From the NCBI GenBank assembly GCA_001642005.1, contig LWCA01000126.1, positions 1 to 49,631 on the forward strand: 49,631 nt of DNA. The letters are read 5' to 3'. Source of the DNA: Intoshia linei (taxonomy: Eukaryota > Animalia > Orthonectida). The first letter of the stretch is position 1; each line of letters starts with the position of its first letter. Positions 1 to 13,342 of the stretch are shown piece after piece. The notes beneath the pieces were generated by a model. It saw only the letters and a list, made by a program, of their open reading frames with translations, was not told where the DNA came from and searched no databases. A program made the position numbers and the translations under genes.

Positions 1-102
1 TTTTTTATTTTGTTTTAAAAAGTTTTCTTTGTTTCATCATCAGTTTAAGTAAGTCTTAAAGCGTTTATAAAGTGTTTATCCATAATCCTTCTATTGATAA
101 CT

Positions 103-1203
103 TCATTTTGTTTTGTTTGTGATACTCAACAATTCTGTAAAACTGAATTGTTTCTCAACGAATTGTCGTATTGAATCATCAAATTTGTTATACACTGACG
201 TTCGTTGTATAGTTGGTATGTTAAATAGTTCCCATTGAATAATGATTTCTGAAGTCACAATCAGAGCCGTCTTAAGCCCCTTCGGGGTCCTGGGCTAAGC
301 AAAGGGCCGGGCCCTTTAAAATTTTGAGCGAAGCGATAAAAAAATTAGGAGCCCTGTTTAGATGACAGGGAATACTGTTTGTTGGAGACTTAGAGTCTTA
401 TTTCATCAAGTATTAATAAAAGCATTAAAAGATACTATGTAGGTTTCTAGTAACTTTTATTTCTTTTACACAAACCTACTTACATTAATTAATGAACAAA
501 GTTTACTTTTTCATTTGAATACTACTTTCTTTTTTAAATATTTACTTTTTAGAAAGGTTGTAATCCTTATTTGAAATAATTTTTTTGTCAATATTATTTT
601 TAATTCTGTATTATCCAATTATCATGAAAGTTTGATTATATAAACAGTTGAAAATTAATAAGAGAAAATCAAAGATTTCCTACTTTTTTTTTGAATATTC
701 ATTTTAATAGAAAGGTTTTAATGTTTAATATTATCATTTGAAACAGTTTTTATGTCAATATTATATGATAAACATTGTGGAATATATTTTAAATTCAATA
801 ATTACCAGAACTTTGATTCTTTTCTATTTTCTTTTTAGCTATTTTAATTCCAACACTTTAAAACTTATAAATTGATACTTAAGATATAAATGCAAAGTAT
901 TTTTTAATAAATTGATGCCTCTTTTTAAGATATAAATGTAAAGTACTTTTATTTTATTTATATTTATGTATTTATAGTACCCCGTTAATGAGGGGCCCTG
1001 GGCTAGAGCCCATCTTGCCCATGCCTTAAAACGGCTCTGGTCACAATAGATATATTTATTTTCCACTTTTTTCCGTTTTTTAATTCTTGGAATTTCTTTA
1101 AACAACAAATAATGTATACATTGATTGATAGTTGTTTATCTGACTCAATACATGTCAAAATTGGTATTAATACAGTATTTATTTTCGAACTGCGTTTTGA
1201 CAT
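103..1203 (-). pseudogene. Probable transposon-derived ORF interrupted by the MITE
   Basis: Removing 261-1039 plus one TSD rejoins the frame: MSKRSSKIN...KWKINISIVT|SEIIIQWELFNIPTIQRTSVYNKF...TNKTK*. Bases 1-130 match 37870-38010 in reverse complement, so this is repeat DNA. Confidence 0.5.
261..1039. mobile_element. Non-autonomous hAT-type MITE
   Basis: TIRs CAGAGCCGTCTTAAG (261) / CTTAAAACGGCTCTG (1039), with an exact 8-bp TSD GTCACAAT at 253-260 and 1040-1047. Confidence 0.9.
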
Positions 1204-1284
1204 AATTTTTTTCCAAAACCCTACCAATTTACTTGGAAGTTTTCTACTAGAACACTTTCATTGCTATTGATTCATGTTGAAAAA

Positions 1285-2000
1285 TTTTATGCTACAAAAT
1301 TTTTGTTTGTGTGTGTGTGTTCCACTTTATTTAAATAACTACCCGTTTTAGAATTTTATAAAATTCATATTTCAATAACAGTTTTTTTCCGGGGGTGTTC
1401 GCAAAATAAATTTCAACCCCCGAACTCACATCTTACGTGTCAAATCTTTCAATTGTTTTTTTTTAATAATCAAACGAATTGGAGAATTTAAAAAATATAT
1501 ACGCTGATGCGTATTTTAAAATCATAAACATTATCATAAATTTAAATTTAAAAAATTTATATCTTCAAGGCCAAAACCACAAATTACCCTTCTTTTTTTA
1601 ATGAAAACAGCCCTAGAATTTCAAAAAATTTACAGGTGGTACAGTTGTATCCTGTTACCACACATAAAAATTTCAATCCGAATAAGTGACGACTTCACGG
1701 TCAAAAAAGCATTTTAGTATCATATATTTTTTTCCGAAATATATTTTATTAAAACAAAAAATGTAAAATAATTAACGGTCTGAAAATTAAAAAAAAAAAA
1801 AATTAATCTGATAGAACTTATTCCAGTTGATATAAATACAAATTTTCAACCCCAAAAATCTACGCATTCCGGGCGAAAAATAAATTTTAATATATTATCA
1901 ACCAATATTACAATTTCAAATAAAATGTGCATTAATATCATAAATATATATACATTCATATCGAAATATATTATCATATAACCCTATCCACCTTCCTAAG
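1285..2000 (+). mobile_element. Non-autonomous Helitron copy, 5'-truncated
   Basis: Collinear with copies at 9028 and 36669 (TTTGTGTGTGTGTTCCACTTTATT...CCGAATAAGTGACGACTTCACGGTCAAAA...CTTATTCCAGTTGATATAAATACA). Confidence 0.7.
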
Positions 2001-2424
2001 ACTTTTGTGTTGACATTTTAAATTTAACACTTAAATGAGTTGATATTCAAGATTTTTTTAATGCTCAATTTAGTAAATTAAAACCTTTATTTTAAAAAAA
2101 AAATTCGTCGAGATCCCTCGATAGAAGGATCTCGCATACGGTAGATTCGGAACTAGTAGTTTGCCATAAGTATGTTTGAAATTAATAATTTTTTTAATTA
2201 CGCCATAGAAGCTACCATTTAAAAAAATATGTGCTATCTTACTAATGTGTTCAAGATTAAAGCGATTTTTTAAAAAATTATGTGGTCCACATAAATTTTT
2301 TTTTGACAATTGGTCCATGGTGGAATAAACTTGGGAACAACTGATATAGCCCTAAACTTTTCGTCTTGAAACAATTTTTTGATCTTTTGTAATTACATTA
2401 TGTAATTTACATTTAATAAACAGT

Positions 2425-5400
2425 TTATAAAACGTTTTCAATTTCAACATTTTCTCCTTTCTTTAATTTGGATATAATCTATATTTATTTTAATTTATTT
2501 TTAAATAATTTTAATATTTTACCTGTTTTAGTTTATTCACTTCTTTGCTTTCTGCATTTTTTGTGACATCATTTGTTATCAACTTGACTCGAGAAGCGTA
2601 CCTAAATTTATTTATTTATTTTTCATAATTTAATTTGCATATATACGTTAGTGAAACTATTGATTCTTCTTGATTGTAATCAACTGGCGATATATTCACA
2701 AACATTAGAGTCTATATTATTATTAATGTTTAAGAAATTTATCAAAAAAAAAAATAAAAAATGTCGCATTAAAATGCGCTTATTTTGTTTTTCTTATTAG
2801 ATTTTTATATCACTTTCAATACGTTTGGGTTTTTAGTTATGATTGAACCCAGTTTCGTGTGAAATTTGTGTTAATTTTGCGTTACAAGTTGTGTTGTTTT
2901 TGAGTGGTAAATGCCAGTAAGTATACTCAAAGTGATCAAAACCCTTATAAATGTATACTAAAAATGTAAAAATATCTAATACTGTACTATAATTATTTTA
3001 AATTTACTTTTGCATTTCCTCCCAATGAATCCTGCATTAACATTGTTAATTTGTTGTTTCGGTATGGAATAAAATCTATTTGTAATTAATGTTTTTGTAT
3101 ATTACCGTCCGTTTGAAGGTGAATTATTTGAAGTGAAAAATTTATGTAAATAAATGTTTTATAAACAAAACCTAATAATTTTGGCAACACCAAAATAAAT
3201 TAATTCACTGACAAAGAACACATATTATATGATTTTCATAGGCCATTCATTATTTATGGAAAGAACACGAAACTGCACTAGTTTATATAGTACTCAGATA
3301 TATTATCTCAAAATTTAAATGATAATTATCGATTTCAATTACCTACTTAAAATTAGTACTTATATATACTATACCTTGTTGGCTACTTAAGGCAGCTATA
3401 ACATCTCCTAATGCGGATAAACTTTTATTTATTGACATTGCTTCTTTTAATTGTTCTGTATTTGCTTCCGTCTTTGAAGCCCTCTCACTTCCAGCCAAAT
3501 CAACAAGTGACAGCTAGAAATGATATTATAAAGAAAATTAATGAATTAAACTTTTCCTGAAATTATTTTCCCGGTACTTTTGACGATAGATTCCATTAAT
3601 ATTCCAATAATTAAATGTGATCGACTACTTTCAGAATTCATTTCTAAAATAAAATAATTTTAAAAATACAATGGTAAAAATCCATACTATCTCATTAACC
3701 CCTAGTACCATAATTTAAATTTTCAACTTAGCCCAAACACTTCTGCCAATATTTTTTAAATAATATGTTGACCGACACAGGCCACGGATTACCCTCATCC
3801 TTTCAGGGATGTAGCCAATGTTGAAATTATTGTACTCGAAATTTTTGTAAAATGGGGATGATTTTTTCAAATTAAGTATTAAAAAATTATATTCTTGAAT
3901 ATCATAACTATTTTGTGTGCTAAATGTAAAATATCAAGTTAAGAGCATTGGAGAGTTTGTTAGGACTATATGACACTATGCATTGCATAGTTTGTGGGAA
4001 AAAAATTTAGGGATCTATTTTTCATTTTCGGTGGACTCGAGCTTAGTATGTTCGGCTCTTGATGTAGCCTATAATTCACATTTGACACATTAATGTTTAC
4101 TTTTACATTAAACTAAAAGCTAGTCTGCAATTGTATTATACCTTCATAAAATATATATATGTGATATTACTTGTTGATGCAATGTGCCTTGATTTTGAAC
4201 CTTCATTAAATAAAGCATACAATTCCTTAGAATTATAAGCTGACTTTACAACACTTCCTTGAATAAAAACCATTCCTTTCGCATTCTTTTTTATATCCAA
4301 ATCCTGGATAATTTAAATTTAAAAAGTAATATTTTATATAACTTCAATATATTAATTATTATTATTTTCCCAACAATATGTCGATATTTGCAACACTTTT
4401 CTACTGCGTACTATAGTTAATAGACAAAATTCTCTAATTAAAAATTTTTTTGTTTTTTAAGAAGATAAAATTACGTTATCTAGTCTAAATTCGGGAGCAA
4501 GGTTACTTAAAAATTTCACAAGCGCCTACATTTTGACGGGAAGTTCGTTGAAACTCGTTTGGGAACTTTTGATCTAAGATTTATCGTGTTTTGTTTAAAA
4601 TAATTATTCCCAAAGTATCATTTGATTTCCAATATACATGTTTAATATACACATTAGGGTGTGAACATATCAAAGAATCAGGGAAATTAGCACTAAAAGT
4701 GTGTATTTTTAAAATATAAAAACTAATTAGCAATCAAAAACATTTAACGTTATCTATTTGAATTGCGTTTGTCATTTTAAATATTACTTTAAAAATATTA
4801 TGGAGAAATTAAAACTGAACTTTATTTTAACAGAAATTGGCGTTTGAGCTTTTAAACGTGGTACCGACTTTATAATATGGTTTTCCATGTTTAGTTATAC
4901 AGTTTATTTTTTTTAAATTTGTTTCTTGCTCAATTTTTTTTGATTTTATTAACGATTTAATTTCTCGAATTCTGGCTATTTAATTTAATTTAAATCTAAC
5001 AAAATTATTTAAAATGGCAAATGCAACTCGAATAGATAACGTTAAATGTTTTTAATTGCAAATTAGTTTTTCTATTTTAAAAATAAACACTTTTAGTGCT
5101 AATTACCCATCGAATTCTAAAATTTTCGAAAAAATGTGACACCTAATACACATTGTATTTATTTAAATTATAATTACCACTCTCGTTTTGGCAAACAAAT
5201 CAATCAACTGATCGTTGTATAACTCCAACATGTAAACTTGAACTGTCGCTGTCATTGTAGCCCTAAAAAGTAAAAAATTTAAAAAATAAATAATCACTTG
5301 TTTTGTTCAATAATTTCAAATATCCTTTCAAAACTTCTTGGAGCTATACCAGGATTATCTGGCGCTCCAATAATTGTATATGTTTTTCCTGAACCAGTTT

Positions 5401-8400
5401 GCCCATAAGCAAATATACACACATTGAATCCGTCAATTGCAGATTGAATTAAATTCTATATAAAAATTATCAATCATTCATTCAACGATTTAAATCATAT
5501 TTGATGTAAAGTTTAAATATTTAATATCTCTCATATTCCCTATTTCGTGGATAAAAAGCAGGACAAACAATCCAGACAGAAAAAATGATAAAGGTTTCAC
5601 GTGGTACAAATTGATAAATAATTATTTTGTAATAAATATTATTTAATAATTTTTATAATTAAACTACTTGTACGAAGTATAAACAGCATCCTAGATCTGT
5701 CGATGGTGGAATTATTTAATTGTACATAAAAAAATAAATTCAATAATAAAATCTTATTTAAAATGCAACATTCACTATTATCATTCTTAAAGGAGTGGTT
5801 CACACACCTGTTTCATTATGGACCCTGGAAATTGAAAGAATGTTGCATTTTGTTTAACAGTATTATTAATACAAAAAGTTTTTTACTCATAAAATTAGGA
5901 TACTTACTTACTTAATTTTTTATTCAGTTGGCCTTCGGCAGAGGTAGTTAGTACTTATACAAATTATAAAAAAGTCAAGTTAATAAATAATATAAGTACA
6001 CTAGTATCATCAAATATGTCTCTTTGAGCTGATGCCGGCATAAAAATTTTGTCAAATTGGAATTCCTTTTCTCCGTGAGGTCCCTTGATTTTCATTGTAT
6101 ATTCGTCAATAGAATTAACAATGTTTGTGTTGTTCTAATTATAATTATACATACAGTAAATTGATTATTAATAAAATTTACAACCAATAATTTGACCTCT
6201 CATTATCATCACATTTTACTTATTTATATACAACAGCAGTGCCGAACTGCTCCGTACCGAGACCCCTCTTCGTTAAAGTAATCAAATATCCAACAATCTA
6301 ATATGGCATAATTACAATTCATGATTAAATAGAAAAGTGAAAAAATGTTGATTAAATTGAAAAAAATTTGTTTTGAAAATAAAAAATCCTTAAATGATAT
6401 AAATGCTATATTCGTCACCCGTGAAACATACTTGGGGCTTGTAGTCATTATACACTGCTTGTAGTAATAATATACTAATACATAATGTTTAATAATAAAA
6501 AATTACTCTATTCTTTTCGCTATAACTTAAAGGTCTTACTCTGCAGTAAACTCTAATTTTACCCTTCAAATCTTCAATAATGTTGTGATATTTTTTCCTT
6601 AACGTCTTAAATAAAATGTAATCAATAGAGATGAATAAAAATGTAAAAAATTACCATTTCATTTTTGAAATTATTATTAAGTTCTATAGTCTCAACGTTA
6701 AGTTTTTTGTTGTCCTTTTGTAATATGTGTATTTTTTCATTTAATTCTTGTGTTTGTTGTGCTGATTCACCAATATGTACTAATTCAAAATTCAATGTAT
6801 CAATTTGTTTGTTTTTAGATTTTATATCCTAAATTTATAAAGATGCAGCTTATTAAAATAAAAAATGGTATATATTAACTTAAATGTAAATTACAATATA
6901 TAAGTTATTTTATATTATTAAATCATTAATATTAATATTAATTGTGTAATAGTTGATACATGTATATGGAAATAATGTGTTAAAGAATTATACATTACAT
7001 TTTCATAGTTTTTCATTTTATCAGTCAGTTGTTTTATAGCTGATTCATATTTTTTCATTTTAATGGAATCATATTCAGTTTTCTTTTTTAAATTTTTAAT
7101 TTCTTTATCTTGTATAGCGTCTTTCTAAAATAAAAAAAATAAATAAAAATTTTTCACAATAAAATAAAATAATTTACCTTGGAATCACCCTTTTTATTAT
7201 TTAATTGATTGTTTTCTTTTTTAATAATTAAAAGTTCCCTTTTAGTAGCATTCAATTCATCCAAAATGTGTTTATTCTAATAATACAAATATTTTAAAAC
7301 ACTTCTAAATTGTGTAAAATGGTTTACCTCTTTAGTAGGTATATTAGGGATCTAATAATATTGTTTATTTTTAAATTTAATTTTAATATTATAAAACCTG
7401 TTCACTAGTTTGTGGAGGAGATTTTTGAGTAACCATGTCTAGCGTATCTACTCCATTTAATTCCTACAAACAAAAAGTAAAAAATTGCAACACATACGTT
7501 AAATATATAATATTTAAATTGACGAATACCATGTCTCTAATTTGATAAATAAGATTATCATTCGTGTCTGTCAATTTTTGAATGTCAAATTCTAATTTTT
7601 CAATTTTTTGTAATAATAATGGATCTGCTACAGGTACCTAAATTAATTAATTTTGTACACTCAAATTAAGTTAATCATGTAAACAATAAAAATTATTAAC
7701 ATTGTAAATTACATTAATTTTTTCAATTTCCACTAGACCAACATCCGATTTTTTTATGAAAAGATTATCAACATTTGATTCATTTATTTCACCCGTTATC
7801 AACGAATTTAAAAACACAACTTGATTATTCAATTGATTAATTTTAGATTCGATATTTATCCAATCTTCTTTGTCCTTTTCCAAATTAGATGTATTTGATT
7901 CTCGATTTTTTAATTTTTTTTTAAAATTTTTAATATTTAATTCAATTTCATCAATCTTTTTCTATTATAAAATTAAATATAAATAAAATGAAGATTTTAT
8001 TAATTAATTTATTAATTTTTACTTTTAACGTAGTAGAATAACTTTTTTTATCACATGATTTTATTAATTGAACCAATATGTTTATTCTGTCTTGTAAAAA
8101 GGTTATTTTTTGTTCCAAAATTGAATTATCTTCAATAACATTGTTGTATTTTTTGGTCCACAGTATAGACTCCTAAATTACATGTAAGTGTACATTTAGG
8201 TTAGTTTAGCGTGTTGTGGTTAATAATATATCTCTATAAATTATACATATTATATTCTGTTTACAATACATTACATATATTTCCCCCGTAGCGGTAGGCA
8301 AAACCTGCTCTTCTTTCCTCTACGATAAGAATGGATAAAAGGGTATACTGCAAAAAAGGACGAAGAGGCCTAAAAGGCATAAAAACTAATGAGGTTCCCC

Positions 8401-11091
8401 CGTAGCGGTAGGCAAAATCTACTCTTCTCTCCTCTACGATAAGAATTGATAAAAAGGTATACTACAAAAAAGAAACAAAGGAGAAAGAGGGCTAAAAGAC
8501 ATAAAGATTTACTAAATACTAATTATACGATTAAAATTAGTATGTAAAGCATTTTATTTAAGACAAGATAAAAAAACCTGTATAGAAGAATTTAATTGAC
8601 CACGTAATTGTAATAATTGTTTAGTATCGCTGTTTGTTGTTTGATGAGGTTCAGAATCTGACGGTGATGTTATTGTTGTCTAAATAATTATATTATAAAG
8701 ATTTTAGATATTTTGTAATTTTACATTGTTTCTTTTATTTATTTGATAAAGTTGTTTTTTTAATTTTTGACATCTTTTTCGTATATTTGATAATTTTGAA
8801 TTGTATTGATTTTGTACGTCTTGTAAAAAAATTCTCAACTTTTTCTAAATTAAATTAATATATTTATTAACCAAATTTAAATATAAAGATAAAGAAAATG
8901 GGGCACATAATTTACACCCTTGATTCTATAACAGGGGTTTTCAACGGGTGGTACCGCCCCTCCGGCAATTTCAAAATTTTTGTCGTTTTGAAATTTCAGG
9001 GCGGTAAAAATTATCATTTTAAACTCATCCTAACTTATATAATATGCTACGCGATTTTTGTTTGTGTTTGTGTGTGTTCCACTTTATTGAAATAACTACC
9101 AGTCTTAGAATTTTATAAAGTCCACATCGTTTATTTCAATAACTACCAGTCTTAGAATTTTATAAAGTCCACATTTCAATTACAGTTTTTTCCGGAAGTG
9201 TTCGCAAATATAATTTCAACCTCCCAAACTAACATCTTACGGGTCAAAAACCCTAATTGTCCCTCTTTTTAAAAATCAAACGAGTTGGAGAATTTAAAAA
9301 AATATATACGCTGATGCGGACTTTAAAATCATGAAAATTATCTTAAATTTAAATTTAAAAAAATTATATCTTCAGGGTCAAAACCACAAATTACCATTCT
9401 TTTTTTAATGAAAACAGCCCTACAATTTCAAAAAATTTCAATCCGAATAAGTGACGACTTCACGGTCAAAAAAGCATTTTAGTTCATATTTTTTTTTCGA
9501 AATATTTTATTAAAAAACAAAAAATGTGAATAATTTACAGTCCAAAAATTAAAAAAAAAAGCATATTCTGATAGAGCTTATTCCAGTTGATATAAATACA
9601 TATGATCTGATATGATATGATGATATGACATATGATCTATATAATTCATTCCTTCGCAATTTTTAAATTTCAAATTCTCATTTTCAAAACATTTTTATTA
9701 AAAAATTAAAATAAAAAACTACAACAACGAAACACTGAACTGATTTTTTAGATATCCATTTTAGGTCAAGTAGGTTTTTAACACTTTTCTAATTCATACG
9801 ATGTCATAGTTACATTAAATTTAAATTATTATGGGGTACCCCAAGGGAACTATATTTTGTTCAGTTTAGGGGTACCAACTGTAAAGTCATATAAAGATAA
9901 ATAATCTTTATAATCTGATATAAAGTAAAAGTAAATAATCAGAGTTGATTATATCCCAAGAAATCAATTAATTTATATTAAATGATTAAATTATAATCAA
10001 ACTTTTTAATTTTAATTTTAAATCAATAATAATTTTAAAATGTATTGCCCTTTCTATTGATAAAAAAATAAAAAATTACAATAAATATTTCATTAGTAAG
10101 TGAATCATTTTGATGAACCACAATGCCCATTCCATTTTTAATTTTATTCATGTCTTGATTCATTGTTGAAATAAAATCACGTGCAATTTTATAAGGAATG
10201 TACGTTTCATAATCTATGTGTAAATCACAGTTTGCAACGGAATCATTGGATTCACTTGATTCACTTAATGGATTGGATCTTTTTTTAGATTTTACTTGAA
10301 AATTGTTCAAATGTTGGGAATTTGTGGGTGTAGTATCAAATGTTTTGATAATTTCATCTGAATATGAGAATGATTCTTGTAAGGAAAGTTTACCGTTTGA
10401 ATGCTATAAAAATGGGTTAAAAAAATTTTTAGTATACATAAATATGTAAAAAATAATCAATTAATAGCTACGATCCAAAATTGTATATTGAATCGGTAGG
10501 CATACCTGTGGCGGATCTAGGATTTTTAGCCAGAGGAGCGAAATACATATTAGGGGTCAAGCTCATATAATGTATTTAAATTAGAATTTTTTCCATTTTT
10601 AAGTCTTGGTACCCGGTCCACAAGCTGGAATTGACGCGGTTATCCATAACATTTGCTAGCCCATACCACGTACAATTAAAAGTGTTTCATTTGTGACCCT
10701 CTTTATATACCTGTATTATAAAATTACTTCTAACTCATCAATTGATATATTTATTGGTGTTATTGTAGGAGATTTATGCTTTAAAATTTTGGTAATGGAA
10801 CTTAAAATTGATGAACCTTTTTCTTTGTCAGTCTAAATTGATAAATTGGTAAAAATTTATTAATTGTAAAAACAATTGTGAAAATTTAATAAAATTAAAG
10901 AATTATTAATAATTCAGTGGTAAAAATTTGCACAAAATTGTGTAAAAGGAATTAAAAATGAAAATTACATTTTTTTTTACATTAGACTGATATTCAATTG
11001 ATATTTTTGAGTCGATAGAATCTAACGATTGTATAGAATCTATTTTTAAATTTTTAATGTCAATTGATTCATTTTCACTTTTCCCGCTCAT
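2425..11091 (-). CDS. Kinesin-14 with C-terminal motor, kinesin-C/KCBP (calmodulin-binding) type; multi-exon
   Basis: Start MSGKSENES at 11091 is tentative; coiled-coil exons lie at ~6650-10400. Neck [24 protein letters not shown] (~6510-6605); P-loop [13 protein letters not shown] (~5380-5415); switch I NSESSRSH (~3620-3640); switch [11 protein letters not shown] (~3480-3510); [21 protein letters not shown] (~3010-3075); tail [26 protein letters not shown]|[17 protein letters not shown] with stop at 2425. Confidence 0.93.
4656..5145. mobile_element. Foldback/MITE with long inverted repeats inside a kinesin intron
   Basis: ~95-bp imperfect inverted repeats (4685-4785 vs 5007-5104), termini TAGGGTGT.../...ACACCTA, flanked by TAAT(AT)ACACATT direct repeats. 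Confidence 0.7.
8281..8510 (+). repeat. Two tandem ~114-bp units with a GC-rich head; a third partial copy at ~12113
   Basis: TTCCCCCGTAGCGGTAGGCAAAA(C/T)CT(G/A)CTCTTCT at 8281 and 8395; CCCCACAGCGGTAGGCAAAATCTACTC at ~12115. Confidence 0.8.
9028..9600 (+). mobile_element. Non-autonomous Helitron copy nested in a hAT-like MITE (CAGGGGTTTTCAAC at ~8932)
   Basis: A|TCCTAACTTATATAATATGCTACGCG 5' end followed by a GT microsatellite; collinear with the other copies. Confidence 0.75.
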
Positions 11092-11482
11092 TTCACATTT
11101 TACATTTAAAAGTTGCTAAAACTAGAAACTATTGTTCCAATTATTTTAATTTTATATCAATGTAGACTTTTGTTTATGTTGCACTACATTTTATTTTAGT
11201 GACCATTATTGTATGTTTTAATATATATTACATTGTCCAAATATTATTATAAAAACTCTATATAATAAATTTATTTGAAATAAATATGTATAATACAAAA
11301 TTGAATTCAATTGAGGTAGTTTGAATTGTACTCTTTAAAAATTTAAATTATATATATAAGTTTATTTTGATTTACTCTAAACAATGAATTCACGTCATAA
11401 ATCAATTTAATAATTGTAAAATTTCGGAATTTTCAAATTAATACAGACCCCTGTTTAACAAACACTCAGGTAGTGTCTAGAG

Positions 11483-12330
11483 CAGGGTGCACAACGTTCG
11501 ACCGTAGCTAATCCATCTGATCATAATGCAATATATCATTTTACTTCAAATTGAAAAGTTTAAATCAGATTTTATTCAAGGGCTATTTAAAATATTTTAA
11601 TCAAAAAGTAACATTGTTGACTTGGCCACAGTTTCTCAAATATTATTTAAAAAATGATTTTAAATCTTAGCGAAGGGCACAGAAAATTAAAGCAGTCACT
11701 GATATATTTTTTTATGTAATTATTAATATTTACATATTTATTTTGATTTTTTTATGTCTTTCACTCTAATATATCGACAAATGGGTTTTTACTGCAACTT
11801 TTTTCTGTCGTCAAATTATTATTAATTATTTACCGAAAAATTAATGATTAATGTTTTTTCAAAAAAATATTGGAAAAGGGGATATTTTTCTTAAAGGGTT
11901 GGTAAAATTTTGGTTTTTCTCAAGAGATTTTATTAAATTGGATAAAATATGCTGAAAATTTTAGATTCGCCTAGAATCATCTAAAATCTAAGTATTCACC
12001 CCATGAGAAACACTGCATTAATCCTACTATTGATGATGTACTATTAATTTTAATTGAAAATTATTAATTAAAACTTGTTGATATTAAAATTTAAAGAAAA
12101 CTATTTTATACATACCCCACAGCGGTAGGCAAAATCTACTCATCTCTTCAATCTATACATTTCTATATCTCTCTCCTTTTTACTTTATCATTCTTATGAG
12201 ATTCTTATTTAGATCTAAAATTTAGGTCCAGAGTAAACTTCGTCAATGTCGAAGTAAATTTTGTGCAGTCGTAGCATCAATGAGAAAAGTAGCATTGTGG
12301 CTGAATTGGTGAAAAGGTTGTGCACCCCTA
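11483..12330. mobile_element. Non-autonomous hAT element (copy 1)
   Basis: TIRs CAGGGTGCACAAC / GTTGTGCACCCCTA with 8-bp TSD GTCTAGAG on both sides (NTCTAGAN is the Charlie/hAT target preference). Confidence 0.85.
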
Positions 12331-12464
12331 GTCTAGAGTCTAGACCACAAGACATAAAGGGACAAAAAAGACACATTTATTCGTAACTCATTTTATATAG
12401 AAGAACGATACAAGAGTCGGTGTGCCGGAATAATGGAGGATTGCTAGAGTTTAGTGACTCTAGA

Positions 12465-13167
12465 GAAGTTTGCACATTGTGCACAAATTTTGTGCACTGC
12501 ACAACCTTTCCACCAATTCAACCGCAAAGCTACTTTACTCATTGTTACTACGACCACACAAAATTTACTATGACATTGAGAAAGTGGCCAAAATCATAAA
12601 TGTAACGTTTTGATAAAAAATTTGATTCAACTTTTTTAATTTGACGTAAAATGGTATATTTCATTGCACAATAAAGCAACCAAAAAATTTAAATTAAGTC
12701 ATTTTAAAAAGATGCCCATTGTGCATAGTTTTATAAAGTTATAAAAATTCGAAATATTTCGCGTCATTTTCCAACATTTTAACATGCTTCAACAACACAC
12801 ATATATAATAATGTAAATTTTGCAGCATATGAAAAACTTGAATTGTCCCAACGAGGCGACACTTCCATTATTGCGAACCACTGCTCAGTACAGACCAGTA
12901 TTCTTACTACCAACTTTAAATATTTACTTTGGATCTAATAGAAGAGTTTTTAAATATTAATATCACCAAGTTTTAATTAATTAATTTAATTAGAGAATTG
13001 AGGCAAAGTCAAAAATGAACTTTTTGATTAAAATATTTTAAATTGCCTCTTAATAAAATCTGATTTAACCTTTTCAATTTGAAGTTAAATTATATATTGA
13101 ATTATGATCACATGGATTGCCCACGGTTCACATAAACGCTATCATGGCCGCAGGTTGTGCACCCCTG
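12465..13167. mobile_element. Non-autonomous hAT element (copy 2, inverted relative to copy 1)
   Basis: 12498-12580 is the reverse complement of ~12243-12325, and 13015-13115 of ~11515-11612. Right TIR GTTGTGCACCCCTG; flanks CTCTAGAG / CTTTAAAG. Confidence 0.75.
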
Positions 13168-13342
13168 CTTTAAAGTCTAGATTCTAGACTTAGTTGAACG
13201 ATTTATATTTAATAATGCAAAGTTTATCGTTCCCAGTATATCTATGAAATATGTTTACATGTTAGATTAATCAATTATTAAACCTAAAATCGTAAATTAT
13301 GAAAAAATGTTTATTATGTTTAATTAAACATAAAATATACAA

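Noticed and set aside
3765-3830. HDV-like ribozyme candidate (hairpin CATCC/GGATG followed by GCCAATG)
   Set aside because: Could not build P1/P3/P1.1, and it abuts a repeat shared with ~26200-26800.
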